NCBI GenBank assembly: GCA_977862235.1
Contig: OZ374563.1
Location: 2,480,001 to 2,544,000 of the forward strand
DNA: 64,000 nt
Reading direction: 5' to 3'
Source of the DNA: Dudresnaya verticillata
Taxonomy: Eukaryota
In this document: positions 45,901 to 56,768 of the stretch, one piece after another
Layout: the number at the start of each line of letters is the position of its first letter
How positions within the stretch are numbered: the stretch's first letter is position 1
The notes under the pieces: generated by a model
What the model was told of the DNA's origin: nothing
Seen by the model: only the letters and a program-made list of their open reading frames with translations
Databases searched by the model: none
Program-made: the position numbers and the translations under genes

Positions 45901-47879
45901 AGAAGCGGAGGTTGTACGGGGAGGAAGGCGCTGGAGCCGCGCGGTAGGTTGGCGCCAGCGGTAACATTAAAACAAGACAAAAAAATGGAGATGTTCGATT
46001 ATTCTGCTCCTGACGTACGACAGACCTGTTGTTGCTGAGGTACAAGAGTCTGGAAGTCGAACTCTGCAGGACGTTTGCAATCGCTGATGCACGTCGGCAA
46101 AGACATTGACAGCCATCGTATTGAAGCAAGGGTAGATTGCGTGAAAGTTGGGAGGAGAACGAATCACAGAAAGAGAGATGGTTAGCATTGTAGCTTCGTA
46201 ACCTCCGAAGCAAGCGGTGGGAAAGGTTTCCGTTTCCCGAAACCGCCCATTTTGAAGCGACTTGTACCCGTCCGAGAGTGACCAGTTCCGTAGAGTCTTT
46301 TAGAAGCTCCAAAGGCCCGCGCTTTCTAGAAGTCTGTTACTGTACCAGCCTATTTATGATTTGCAAAGATACGGGGTCCCCTCCAAGGGTACCCTTCGAT
46401 GTCGTCCAGGGGCGTGGACAGTCCCCAACGCGGCCAGGCGTCGTGCGCAACCTGCGTAGCATTGCGTGCAAATCCGATCCGGCCACTTCTGACCCATTGA
46501 GTTTCTATACCCAAACCCCGTATTGCTGGCCTGTGGCCAAGCTCGCAAGCCAGGCTTGCCATGGTTCCGCATGAGAGTTGCACCGCATCCGTTTAGAAGA
46601 TGCGCGCTCGGCTCGTTGCGTCATTTTGCTCGGGCCTGTCTGTATGGCCCACATCACAAGCCCAAGCCGTCACCGTGTCGAATGTCGCTGCGAAGCTGCC
46701 ACGTGGTCAGGCTGGAGAGTCATGTCGACGCGTCAGTTGGATGCAATGCTGGTACGGTGTACTATACGACATTACGCTACTGCTGTTGGGTAGTCTGCAT
46801 GGGTGGAGGCGGAAGTTGCTCTTTTTCTCATTCTGTGGATAGCAAGCCGACCCTAGGGCACGATTTATCAAGTGTCGGAGGACAGCATGCTTATCCACGT
46901 CAAGGAGAGTTACCTCGCATGCCCACACCAAAGGAGTAATACGAAAGGGGCCTTTGGGTGTTTTGGTCTATCTGCTCCGACGCAGTTGTTACCTACCTTA
47001 CCTTAGTTGCTGAACTCAATCGGTGCGGCAAGAGCTTGTTTCATCTGATTACAGAGTCATATTATAATAGGGACGAGCACGTTGGCACATCCACCAATGC
47101 TAACAAATGTAATTCGTTCTCTTTACTTCAACGGATACAACTACAACCTTTTCAAAGTTTGTACACATATCGTCTCCTCCGTTCAAGTATCCACCTTTAC
47201 GATTAGCAGGGGCACGCCTGCTTACAACGTCACGTCGATCCAGCATGTACGGCCAACGAAACAATAATCCTCTACCGGGCGACCTCTCCCCACCACGTCG
47301 CGAATCCCGCTCTTGAGCAGGTCCAAACGTCCAGACCAATTTCGTCTGGACCGAATACCGACCTGTTTGATGCAGCACTCATCGGCCCTGCTCAGTTGTT
47401 ACCTCCGTCGCATCTGATGTCCGACTTGAACTCTCCTATCCCAAGCCGTCCGTCCATGCTATACATCTCGCATCATTCAACGCGCCACGTGCGCTCCACA
47501 GCTATGCCATTGGAGGCGCCCCGCGCGGTTCCTCCGCCGTCAGGACCTGCTGTGCGGGCCGAAGCCAAGCAACCGCGGTCGAACCTGTGTACGACCGCAT
47601 CCTTGACCCAGAATCCGTTCTGTTACGGGCTTGCGGCGCCCCACCTATCCATTCCGACACCTGGCACCGTTTCGCTTTTCACGCTGGACATATCAGCCCC
47701 CCAACGGGTCCGCACTTTCTCCGACTTCTCTCACGGCACTTGCTCCTTATAGTACGGCATGATTTTGTCCTCCCAAACCTCTTGTCTGGAATACGAACAG
47801 GCATACTGTAACAAGTAACCTTCTTCAAACACTCTCAACCAACTAACCAGCGCAGCAACACAGGCGCGCAACAGCTCCC

Positions 47880-49420
47880 ATGACCACAGCCCCAGCCTTG
47901 AATCTAGCTCTTTCCGCGTTCGCCTTCTCTATCTTCGTCTGCACCGTCGCCGCGCACTCTCATCTCGCCGATCCGCTCCCAACCCGGCAGCTCCACTGCA
48001 GGGTTGGTGGCTCCGCGAGGCCGTGCCACGGACCATGCCCTGTTAACGATGACTACGGCCGTCTCAACCCCGTCACGCAGAACCAACCTGCTGAGGTATG
48101 GGGCCGCGGTGCATGGGTCAACGTGCGCTGGCACAAAGACAATCGTAAGTTGCTGCATGGCGTTTTGCTGCGAACCTACCTGCTTGCGAAACCCCAGTTG
48201 AGGCGCACGGACAGGCAAAGATATATCGTAACGTCACCGGAACAAATGAAGTCTAACCATAGGAAAAGCGCCCATTCAATGCTGTCTCCACCGGATTCCT
48301 CTCGATTTAAACAGATGATGGTACCGGCTTTGTACGACTAGCGCTCGTGCCCGTGGAGAAAATGCACGACAAGGGCGCACACGAGAAGTTCGCGTTCCAA
48401 TTCCTGTGCATGAACGCCGGACCGCACTCATGCCCAGACCGGTCATATGACGTGTGCGGTAATGACTTTGAAGGAAAGGCATGGCAAGCTATGGTACGCG
48501 TACCAACAAGCTACCCAGATGGCGTTTACGTGTTCGGATGGTCGTGGTACGGCGGCGGTAACTACCTCGAGCGCAGCTTCTTTGGCGACTACTACTCATG
48601 CTCGTTTGTGGAGATTCGTGGCGGCGTCCCAGTTGAAGAAAAGTACGAACCCAAATTCGACGGAGGCACGTGCCGAAGCTCGACGGACAGACTAGGTGTA
48701 TGTTGGGAGGAACCGTGCCATATTGGGGGCGTGCACGACATGATTCCAGCTGAGTTCAACAACAGAAGACCGGTGGCGATCCGAAGCGACTGGTTCGAGT
48801 CGGGTGATAACGAGGCGGCGCCCGCGCCCGCGCCCGTGCCCGCTCGTGCACCGGGAAGCTCTGTATCACTCGGGAATGGAGCGACGGCGTCGGCTGGCGG
48901 AGGTGGAGGTGTGGCTTCGGTGACGAGCAAGGGTGGGTCGTTCTCAGGGACGTCGTTGGGTTCATCTGTGTCTGGCGGGAGCGCATCAGGCAGCGGGAGC
49001 GCATCAGGCAGCGGTAGCTCCGTGTCGCTTGGGGCTCGTGGTGGGGGTGGTGATGGGCGCAATGAAGAAGAAGGACAGATTAAGTCGGGGTCTGGAGGGT
49101 CGCTCGGAGTGTTCTTCCTGGACTTTTCCAACTGGTCTAAGAAGGAAATCCGAGACGGGTCGTGGTATCGGATGGCGGACTTCCCAAGAGGGCTTACGGT
49201 TGAAGCTTTCTACAACGGTGCAGTACGGTATATAGAGTTTTATCTGGATGACCAGCTTGTGAGGCGGGAGAAGACCGGGCCATTCGTCATGAACGGTAAC
49301 AAGGGAAGACTTATTCATGGGTGGGTTGTACCTTTGGGAAGATTAATCAAGTTGAGAGTGGCAGTGATGAGTTCTGGAGGACATGCAGAAGAATTTGTGG
49401 CTAGGTTCCGGTTTGATTAG
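47880..49420 (+). CDS. Secreted LPMO-like (histidine-brace) protein with G/S linker and C-terminal beta module; exons 47880-48144 and 48315-49420
   Basis: Signal peptide ending VAA followed by His. Intron GTAAGT..AACAG (48145-48314) splices to KDNH-DGTGFVRLALVP. Downstream VPTSYPDGVYVFGWSWYGG and DYYSCSFVEIRGG; Cys-rich. Confidence 0.75.
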
Positions 49421-51205
49421 AAGTAGACTTGGCTATGGCAAGCTTTTATTAAGGATGGAGTGGTTCGACTGTTTTAATGTACAAAGAGTGTGAGAGTGTA
49501 AGAGTTATTGAAAGAATGGTGTTGTTGTGATAGAAGTGTTTGGCGGAGGAGGAGATGTGCAGGAGTAGAGATAAAGACACCTATTTGGCGTACTAGTAAG
49601 TAGCAACTTGACATGAGATTGGTCTGTACAAGATGAAGCTTCGGCAGCAGTTGGGAAGCTTTGTAGATTTTTTCACTGATGAGATAAGTGGAGGCACTGA
49701 TAGTGATGTTATTCACGTTCTGCGGATAACATAGCCGCCCTGGGGTTGAAGTACGTGGATAGTAAGCCTGTTTGCGCGCAGAAAAGGTATGCGCGCGCTT
49801 CATCGCTGCTCTACCCATGTGACATCCATTGCGACATGCCCAACCTGAGTCATCTCCGCTTGCAGAAACCCTTCCGGTCCGCGCAGAGGGCCGTGCATCA
49901 ACGGCAGTCCGAGAAAACATGCATTGGCAGCATACGTGGCCGGCGACGCGTCTGCCAATCTCATCCAACGCCGCGCTGCACGGCATTCTTCATCTCACCA
50001 CACCACCCTCTGCCAGTCTCATTGCCATTATTGCAAGGCGCAGAGCAAAGTCCCTTGTTCCGTATTCCTTCTACAATCTGCGGCAGTCTCCGGCCGCGAG
50101 TGAGGCGTGCTGGTGGTCTGTAGAACGCTGCGGGGGTGACAACCCTAGTTGCAGGTTGTCGGGAGAAGCCGCCTTAGACTCCCTGCACTGGCGCCTGTGC
50201 CGCGTGTGTGCCCACGGCGCAGAAAAGGCTGGCACGGTTGTTCGACAGGGTTGAGCTTGAGCTTGAGATAGTCGTGGGCGCGAGTACAGCCTTGTGATCT
50301 TACCTGTTCCACCACCACCACCGCCCCTTCCGGCTTCCACGCTCCATCTATTTTTGAATCACTAGAGCTTCTGCGCCGCTGTTGTTTCAAGGGCTGGCAA
50401 AATGTGACAGGGTGAAAGATTCGAGTGTTGGTGCGGACAACTCTCTCCCTCTCCCTCGCTCGCTCTCGCGGTCGCGCGACTCAGCTGCTTGCACACGGTC
50501 AGCGTCTGCGAGCTTCCACATCGATATCGATAGCAGTTTTGAGTCTGACCTCATTCCTTTCTGCGACATTGCGGGGACGGGAAGACAGACGGGCAGACAG
50601 ACAATGTAGAGTCAACAATGGTTGGCAAACGTACCATGTGCAGCACCTTTATACATGTAGCGCAGTTACTATTACCCTTGGGGAGTTGAGAGTGTTGCCG
50701 TCTTTTCACCAAACTGTATACGCAACACAGCTCAACCACCATTGTAAGGCCATTGCAACGACATATTATTGTGCTTGCGAAGATACCACCCCGCCTTCTC
50801 ATTGCCAACACCACCAGCCTCCCGATTTTCTCCTTGACACTCGAACAATCTACCCCGTCTCATCGGCGCATAACAGAACAAACTACTCGCCTGCGGAGAG
50901 ATTCGTGAGACATTGTACCTTTCACAAAGAACAGCTTTCACAACATCCCAAACGATATCCTCCCATTCTGCGCCAGTCTACACAACAGCTTCGACAAATA
51001 TCAGTACGCTTCCCAAGATATCCCAAACTGCCTCTCAACCGTTGCGTTGCAGCCTGTACAAGCCGCTAGGGCCACCACATGGATGGATAATGATTCTATC
51101 CACCAGTGGGATAGAGTCAGGATTCCCTCGCACGGTTCAGGCTCTGTCCACTTGACAGGTAACTTCCCCCAACTACATGTTTCATGCTTACTCCAAATTC
51201 CATAC

Positions 51206-54200
51206 TCACGAGTTACCGTCCTTCACATGCGCCTCACTCTGCAACTTGTTCCACAACTGGACAAAGTCATCTTCATCATCAGCCACCTTCGCGAGCGGGT
51301 CAATCTCATCAACACCGCCCTGATTCTCATCCGCTTCAGGAGCCGTTTCTTTCCAAACAACCCCACCCACTCCGTGAACCGCATCCGCTTCAGGAGCCAT
51401 TTCTAGCCATTCAGCCCCAACGAATCCGTGACCTTCAGCTGCTTCTGGAGCCGGTTCTCTCAAGCAAACTTCACCAACCCCCAGATCTCGCCTCACCATT
51501 TCTGCAAGCACCTCGGCTTCCGTCTTCATTTCGCTCGACTTCTTTGCTTTAACGACTGAAGGCACTGCCGGTGCGTGAGCAGCACCTGTCATACCGTTGG
51601 GCCTACCACCACGCCCACGCTGCCTTTGTCCCTTTCCAGTAGCAAAAGTAGGCACAGGCAAGAGGGCAGCGTTAATGGGCAATCCACTATTCTTCCCACC
51701 GCCGACGCCGGCCTGCCCCCAAGCGTTTCCAGATTTTAGCCCCACTGCGTGGGTCTTGCCACCTACCGCAGTTTGCCCAGCTGCCGCATGGCCTGGTACC
51801 AATGTCGGCGGAATTGGCAGTGTTGCTGGTGTGGCCGTCGCGGCTTTCCGATTAAACGTTGTGAACGGCAACGGCCCAGCAGCCACGCGCGGATGAATAG
51901 GTGCCACTACTCCAGGTACAGCCATGGATGCCGCTGGCCTTCCGCCTGCCATCGGAACGACTCCCGGAATGACTGCAGATACGTGTCCCTTCGCTGCCAC
52001 TGTGGCAGACTTTTGAACTGCCCCAGCATACGTCAAAACGGAAGCACGGGCAACTGCGTCAGACTTTTCTGTGAGTTTGCGTTCATCTGCAGCAAACCTT
52101 TTCGATACAATAGCGGTTCTCGCTGCTATCCGAGCGTAGTTCTTCGAGTAATACGTGTTATCCCGATCTGGGCGAATAACAAACAAAGTCTGTGCTGGCA
52201 CAGCCTTCCCACGCCCAGACAAGCAGCGTCCGTTCAAATTGCTTCCCCCAATGAATCCCTCATCGAAGACAACTTCAACTAGAGCTCCACGCGTACCTTC
52301 CAGAGGGTCCCTCCCTGCCGGAGATTGAATCTCTGGTCCGCGGTTGTAATGAATGCCAACGACAGTACCGCGAAGTCCAAACGGCAGCCCACCAGCGCCA
52401 ATCCTGTTCACTATTCGATCACCCAAACGCAAGCCAGACCCATCTGCGGACACTAGCGAATTTACGCCGACGCCACCTTGACCGTCTTCCAAACTCCATT
52501 GCACACCTTCACTGCCCGTCAATACTGAATGCCGCGTGACTTCAATAGTCCGTTTCGCAGTGCTCACTTGCCCAAGTGTCCCGATAAACTCCTTCTGGAG
52601 AGCCCTGATGATGCCACCATGCTTCTCTAGTTCTCGAATCGTACCCTTCGCAAGAACTTCTGCATTCGCAGATACGAGCGGCAAGCGAGCAACTTCCTGA
52701 ACAGATATCCAGGTTGAAGCTGCTCGTGCGGCGTCGTCCGCCTTCTTGGTATTTCCAAACAGATCGCGAGTGCTGTACACTGGACTTCCACGTGTTCTGC
52801 CGTTCCCACCCTTCGCCTCCTCCTGTTTACAAGATTGAACCGTCGAAAACAGATGAGGAAAGGCAGCTCGATAGCGGCGGAGGAGATCCACAGTCCTTTC
52901 AGAGAACGAATAATACTGCTTCTGATCAGTTCGTGCATACCCTGGTATATACAAGCCGCGAGCAACATACTTAATGCCAAGCCCAAGGTCAATTTCTTCT
53001 TTTGCCGATTGCAGCCGCACTCGAATGGACCCCAGAAAGGCGTCTGCTATTGGCACGCTAATTCCCACTTCTGAAGCGAGTTTAGACAAGGTCAACCAGC
53101 GCTGGTTGCTGGTAGAAATGTTCACAACACGATATCCAAACGCAGGTTCCCTTCCAGCTGCACTCGGATGTTGAAATTCAACCTTCACAAGGTCGCTATT
53201 CGATGCTGGGTGCGCAATGCCCAAGTGGCCGAAATACCCCCCACCACCAACATAAAGAACACTTTGTCCGTCGTGTAGTGCCTCCGTCTTCGTACCGCTT
53301 TCCATTCGAGCTTCAGTGGAAATCGCCCTGGGAGTGATGAAATGAGGATCGCATAAAGTGACCCTGGATTCACTGTCCTTGTCTGGCGACGACGGGGCCA
53401 CTGGGTCCTCGTCAGCCCTCACCACAGCCAACTCTGATGGATTTGATATCACGATACCACCCTTCTGCAATAGGCTCGACGTCAGGATGAGAGCATCTCT
53501 ATCAAAGGCTGACTTCTTCATTGGCTTGACCTCTACTTTTGCTGTCCCAGACACAAAAGATCTGCCTGAGGCAGAAGCCCGCTTCGTCTCAGACGCATTG
53601 CTGATACACTCAACAGTACCAGCGGTTCGCCAAGGGTATCCAAACCACACCAGATCTCCTGGTGACACTCCCTTTTGTTCGAGAATGGAACGAGTACCAA
53701 AATCGTTTGAGCCACCGAGATCCTTCTTGTCAGAACTGAAACCCATCTTCAAGATAAGGGATTGGTTCTTACTAGGATTGCCAAATACATTCACTCCCGC
53801 GCTGTAAAGCAATCCCTCATGCTCGAATTCACCTAGGAATGGTAAGTCCGCTAGTGCGTCATTCAAGCATGGCAGCAATGTACCTGGCAGCGGATCTGTA
53901 CTGAACGCCTGGCCTTCGGGAATTTCTGGAAGCCTTAGCTCAATTTTCTTTGCCCGGCTTGTGATGGGCGGGAGTTGCGGTTTGAACGGAGAGTCCTGCT
54001 CTTCACTCCACTTGGGTGAGAACCGATAAGAGAAAGAAGGTCCGTGGCAGTTGCGCTTGAGCTCGCTTTCTGTTAACAGGTCCGTCGATATAGATGCCAT
54101 TGCCTGTAGCAGCTGCTCTTCGTCGACAAATGGCAGGAGTACTACTGCTTCCCAGTCATTGCGCTTGCCATTCAAATCGATGCCAAAATCATCCGGATAT

Positions 54201-55999
54201 TGCTCCCGAATCGGCGAGGACGGGTTCGTCATAAGCGCACGAAATGGTTTTGGCAGGCACCATGACGAGACAGGGGGTAAAACCGAAAGGAGCTGCTCAA
54301 ACGGTTGGAAGGGCTGATCGGCCACGAACTTGGTCGAGTAGAGCTGGAGCTTGGCGAAAACGTCAGATATGTCAGAGGCAAGTGGTGCATAGTGGAAAGG
54401 ATAAAACCACCTCCAATGACGGCATCCTTCGGTATAGTACCTCAATGTCCACCATATTCCTTCAACGTAACCCTGCGTCAGTTCTGGAAAACCAGGTGAG
54501 CCTTCGCTCCCAAATCCAGATCCAAACTTTTGCGCATAATAGACTTGCTTCATTTCTTGAAGCTCTGCATCGTTGACAATGGCGCGAATATTGGCTGCTT
54601 CCTTCAAAAGCTGATCCGATGACATGGCAATGCTAGGAACACCAGGGATCTGTGGATTGAGCCCGAAGAGCTGGTCCAAATCAGTGTCCTGTACACTAGC
54701 ACCGCGCCCGTTTCTGCCGCCTCCACGCCGGCGCCTTCCACCAGACTGCTCCTCCAGCTTGGAACGCATGACAGTCTTCTCAAGCATACTGAGCTGTGCA
54801 AAAAAGTATTCCAAGCGCTCTGCAACAATCTTACTAGAGTTGGTGAGGAACCCCCCCATCAGAGGGAGCATCCGCTTGTACAAGTGCAGCAAGACGTTGA
54901 GGGTACCGTCCGCAATATCGAGCGTCGGCAAGTTTGGCATAAAGTCGTTGCCGATGAGCATGAGGATGAAAACAAAGTCATCCGTGACACGCTCCACATC
55001 GAAGAAGGGGAGGCTCGAGTTGCCGTGGGCACCGATTTCAAGTGCGAGATATTCGCGCAGAACGCCGATGGAGAGGAGCTCAAATTCGCCAAACACCGTG
55101 GTGTCCAAGTCGGTGGCAACGCGCGGGCCACCTTTCCGCTTCCAGTTTGCGGAATAGTCGACCTTTTCGCGGAGAATGAAGAAATGGGGCTCGTGTGTGA
55201 CGAGTCCAAGCATGATGAGATCGGCGTCCTGGCCATAGACGCAATGGCGGGCATTGGGGGGCATTCGGCCCGACTCTCGATGAGCGCGGATGTGCTCCAT
55301 AATCTTATGCTCGCCCTCGCCGGGTGCCTCGGCGCCGGAAAGGATAACTTCGAGTCGGCCCCATCGTGTGTCCTCGGTGATCTTCTTCGCGACAAAATAG
55401 TGCAAGGCTGATGTGAGCGCCTGCATAAAGGCAGTTCCGGGGGTGATGCAGTTCGAGTCGAACGGCTCCTGGGCGGCGGCAGCGTACATCGGGTCCTCGG
55501 CGAGCTGGCGATTGTGCTCGTCCAGACGCTCTTTGGCGGAACGGAAGCGGCGGGCGCGCTGCTGGTTCATCTTTGCTCGCGGAGCAACGCCGTCGATAGC
55601 CATATATAAGAGGACGGAGGGATTTGCCAGGGCGACAATATTGTCGATGTATTTGAAGACGTCCAGAAAGATTTGTTGCTGGGTCTTGGGGGCGGCTAGG
55701 GACGAGGAGTAGCGCTTCGAGTCGAGCCCGCCGTTGCCCGGGGTGGAGCGGACGCAGTTGTGAATGATGCCGTTCATATCGAGGTATAGGTTATCGATTT
55801 TCGGGGGCGTGCGGGAGGGAGGGGATAGCGGGGCGTTGATGAGCGGGAAACGCTCGCTGATGAAGCGGTAGAACTTGGGGACACCTGCGATGCTCGCGGG
55901 AGGGGAGAAGAGGGGGGGGGAAGGGGATGTTAGCCGGGGAGAAGGCGGGGACAGACGGAAGGGGAGCGCACGTGCGCAGCGGGGGTGTGGCTTACCCAT
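51206..55999 (-). CDS. XRN1: 5'-3' exoribonuclease XRN1; intron 55885-55995 after ATGG
   Basis: MG|VPKFYRFISERFP, DNLYLDMNGIIHNC, DGVAPRAKMNQQRARRF, FDSNCITPGT, PGEGEHKIM, GNDFMP, WFYPFHYAP. C-terminal SH3-like LGDRIVN..PFGLRGTVVGI. Confidence 0.96.
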   Translation of the reverse strand: MGKPHPRCARALPFRLSPPSPRLTSPSPPLFSPPASIAGVPKFYRFISERFPLINAPLSPPSRTPPKIDNLYLDMNGIIHNCVRSTPGNGGLDSKRYSSSLAAPKTQQQIFLDVFKYIDNIVALANPSVLLYMAIDGVAPRAKMNQQRARRFRSAKERLDEHNRQLAEDPMYAAAAQEPFDSNCITPGTAFMQALTSALHYFVAKKITEDTRWGRLEVILSGAEAPGEGEHKIMEHIRAHRESGRMPPNARHCVYGQDADLIMLGLVTHEPHFFILREKVDYSANWKRKGGPRVATDLDTTVFGEFELLSIGVLREYLALEIGAHGNSSLPFFDVERVTDDFVFILMLIGNDFMPNLPTLDIADGTLNVLLHLYKRMLPLMGGFLTNSSKIVAERLEYFFAQLSMLEKTVMRSKLEEQSGGRRRRGGGRNGRGASVQDTDLDQLFGLNPQIPGVPSIAMSSDQLLKEAANIRAIVNDAELQEMKQVYYAQKFGSGFGSEGSPGFPELTQGYVEGIWWTLRYYTEGCRHWRWFYPFHYAPLASDISDVFAKLQLYSTKFVADQPFQPFEQLLSVLPPVSSWCLPKPFRALMTNPSSPIREQYPDDFGIDLNGKRNDWEAVVLLPFVDEEQLLQAMASISTDLLTESELKRNCHGPSFSYRFSPKWSEEQDSPFKPQLPPITSRAKKIELRLPEIPEGQAFSTDPLPGTLLPCLNDALADLPFLGEFEHEGLLYSAGVNVFGNPSKNQSLILKMGFSSDKKDLGGSNDFGTRSILEQKGVSPGDLVWFGYPWRTAGTVECISNASETKRASASGRSFVSGTAKVEVKPMKKSAFDRDALILTSSLLQKGGIVISNPSELAVVRADEDPVAPSSPDKDSESRVTLCDPHFITPRAISTEARMESGTKTEALHDGQSVLYVGGGGYFGHLGIAHPASNSDLVKVEFQHPSAAGREPAFGYRVVNISTSNQRWLTLSKLASEVGISVPIADAFLGSIRVRLQSAKEEIDLGLGIKYVARGLYIPGYARTDQKQYYSFSERTVDLLRRYRAAFPHLFSTVQSCKQEEAKGGNGRTRGSPVYSTRDLFGNTKKADDAARAASTWISVQEVARLPLVSANAEVLAKGTIRELEKHGGIIRALQKEFIGTLGQVSTAKRTIEVTRHSVLTGSEGVQWSLEDGQGGVGVNSLVSADGSGLRLGDRIVNRIGAGGLPFGLRGTVVGIHYNRGPEIQSPAGRDPLEGTRGALVEVVFDEGFIGGSNLNGRCLSGRGKAVPAQTLFVIRPDRDNTYYSKNYARIAARTAIVSKRFAADERKLTEKSDAVARASVLTYAGAVQKSATVAAKGHVSAVIPGVVPMAGGRPAASMAVPGVVAPIHPRVAAGPLPFTTFNRKAATATPATLPIPPTLVPGHAAAGQTAVGGKTHAVGLKSGNAWGQAGVGGGKNSGLPINAALLPVPTFATGKGQRQRGRGGRPNGMTGAAHAPAVPSVVKAKKSSEMKTEAEVLAEMVRRDLGVGEVCLREPAPEAAEGHGFVGAEWLEMAPEADAVHGVGGVVWKETAPEADENQGGVDEIDPLAKVADDEDDFVQLWNKLQSEAHVKDGNS

Positions 56000-56665
56000 T
56001 GTTGACGTCGGAGACGGTTGTTATCTCGAGGTATGTAGACTGGTGATGGTGTATCCAGGCGGGGGGGGGCCTCGGGCACGGGGCGCGGCAGAGCTCGACG
56101 GGGGTGAGATGGGAGAGCAGCGTCCGTGTGGAGGGGCTGCGTGTGTGTGGACGAGTTGAGGCGAGGGGTGCCATCAATACATAGAAGCGGAAGCAAGGGC
56201 GGGGAGGGGGAAGGGTCGTGGGGGCGGGGGGCGGGGGCGGGATGCAGCAGAGGGGGAGGGGCGCGCGTGGGGGGGGGGGCCGGGTGGGTGCGCTGGCAAG
56301 AAAGAACGAAGGAAAGAGGCAGCGTGGGGCCGGTCCAGCACAGGGGCGCGACGTGCCGCTCATCTGGCGGCGCTGTCGTGCGTGGCGGCCAGTGGCCCGC
56401 CGCCGTGTAACGGAAGCAGCACCGCTCGCGCTTTCGCGCAGTCTCCCGATTGGCTCGTGCACGGCGAATTTCGCTTCGCTGTCCAATTGCGCGCCGCCTT
56501 TTTTCACACCAAATCCGTATTTTCTCCATCTTGACTGATGCGTCTGCATTCGCGGATCCGCAGATCCGGTTTCGCCCGTCCCCCAATCCAGATTGCCGCA
56601 TCCACTTTCGCTTCACACCCCGCCCTCCCCCCACCCCGCCGCGGATCAAACCGAAACTTCTCTCA

Positions 56666-56698
<33 letters not shown>

Positions 56699-56768
56699 TG
56701 CCGCCCCCTCCTTCCTCCTCCGGAGCACATCACCACCGCTAACACCGCCACCCCCCGCGACTACCACC

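Noticed and set aside
43100..47800. Stop-riddled coding-like patches (e.g. 43700-44350 and 45300-45800, minus strand)
   Set aside because: They may be a decayed gene or TE, but I could not assign a family or boundaries.
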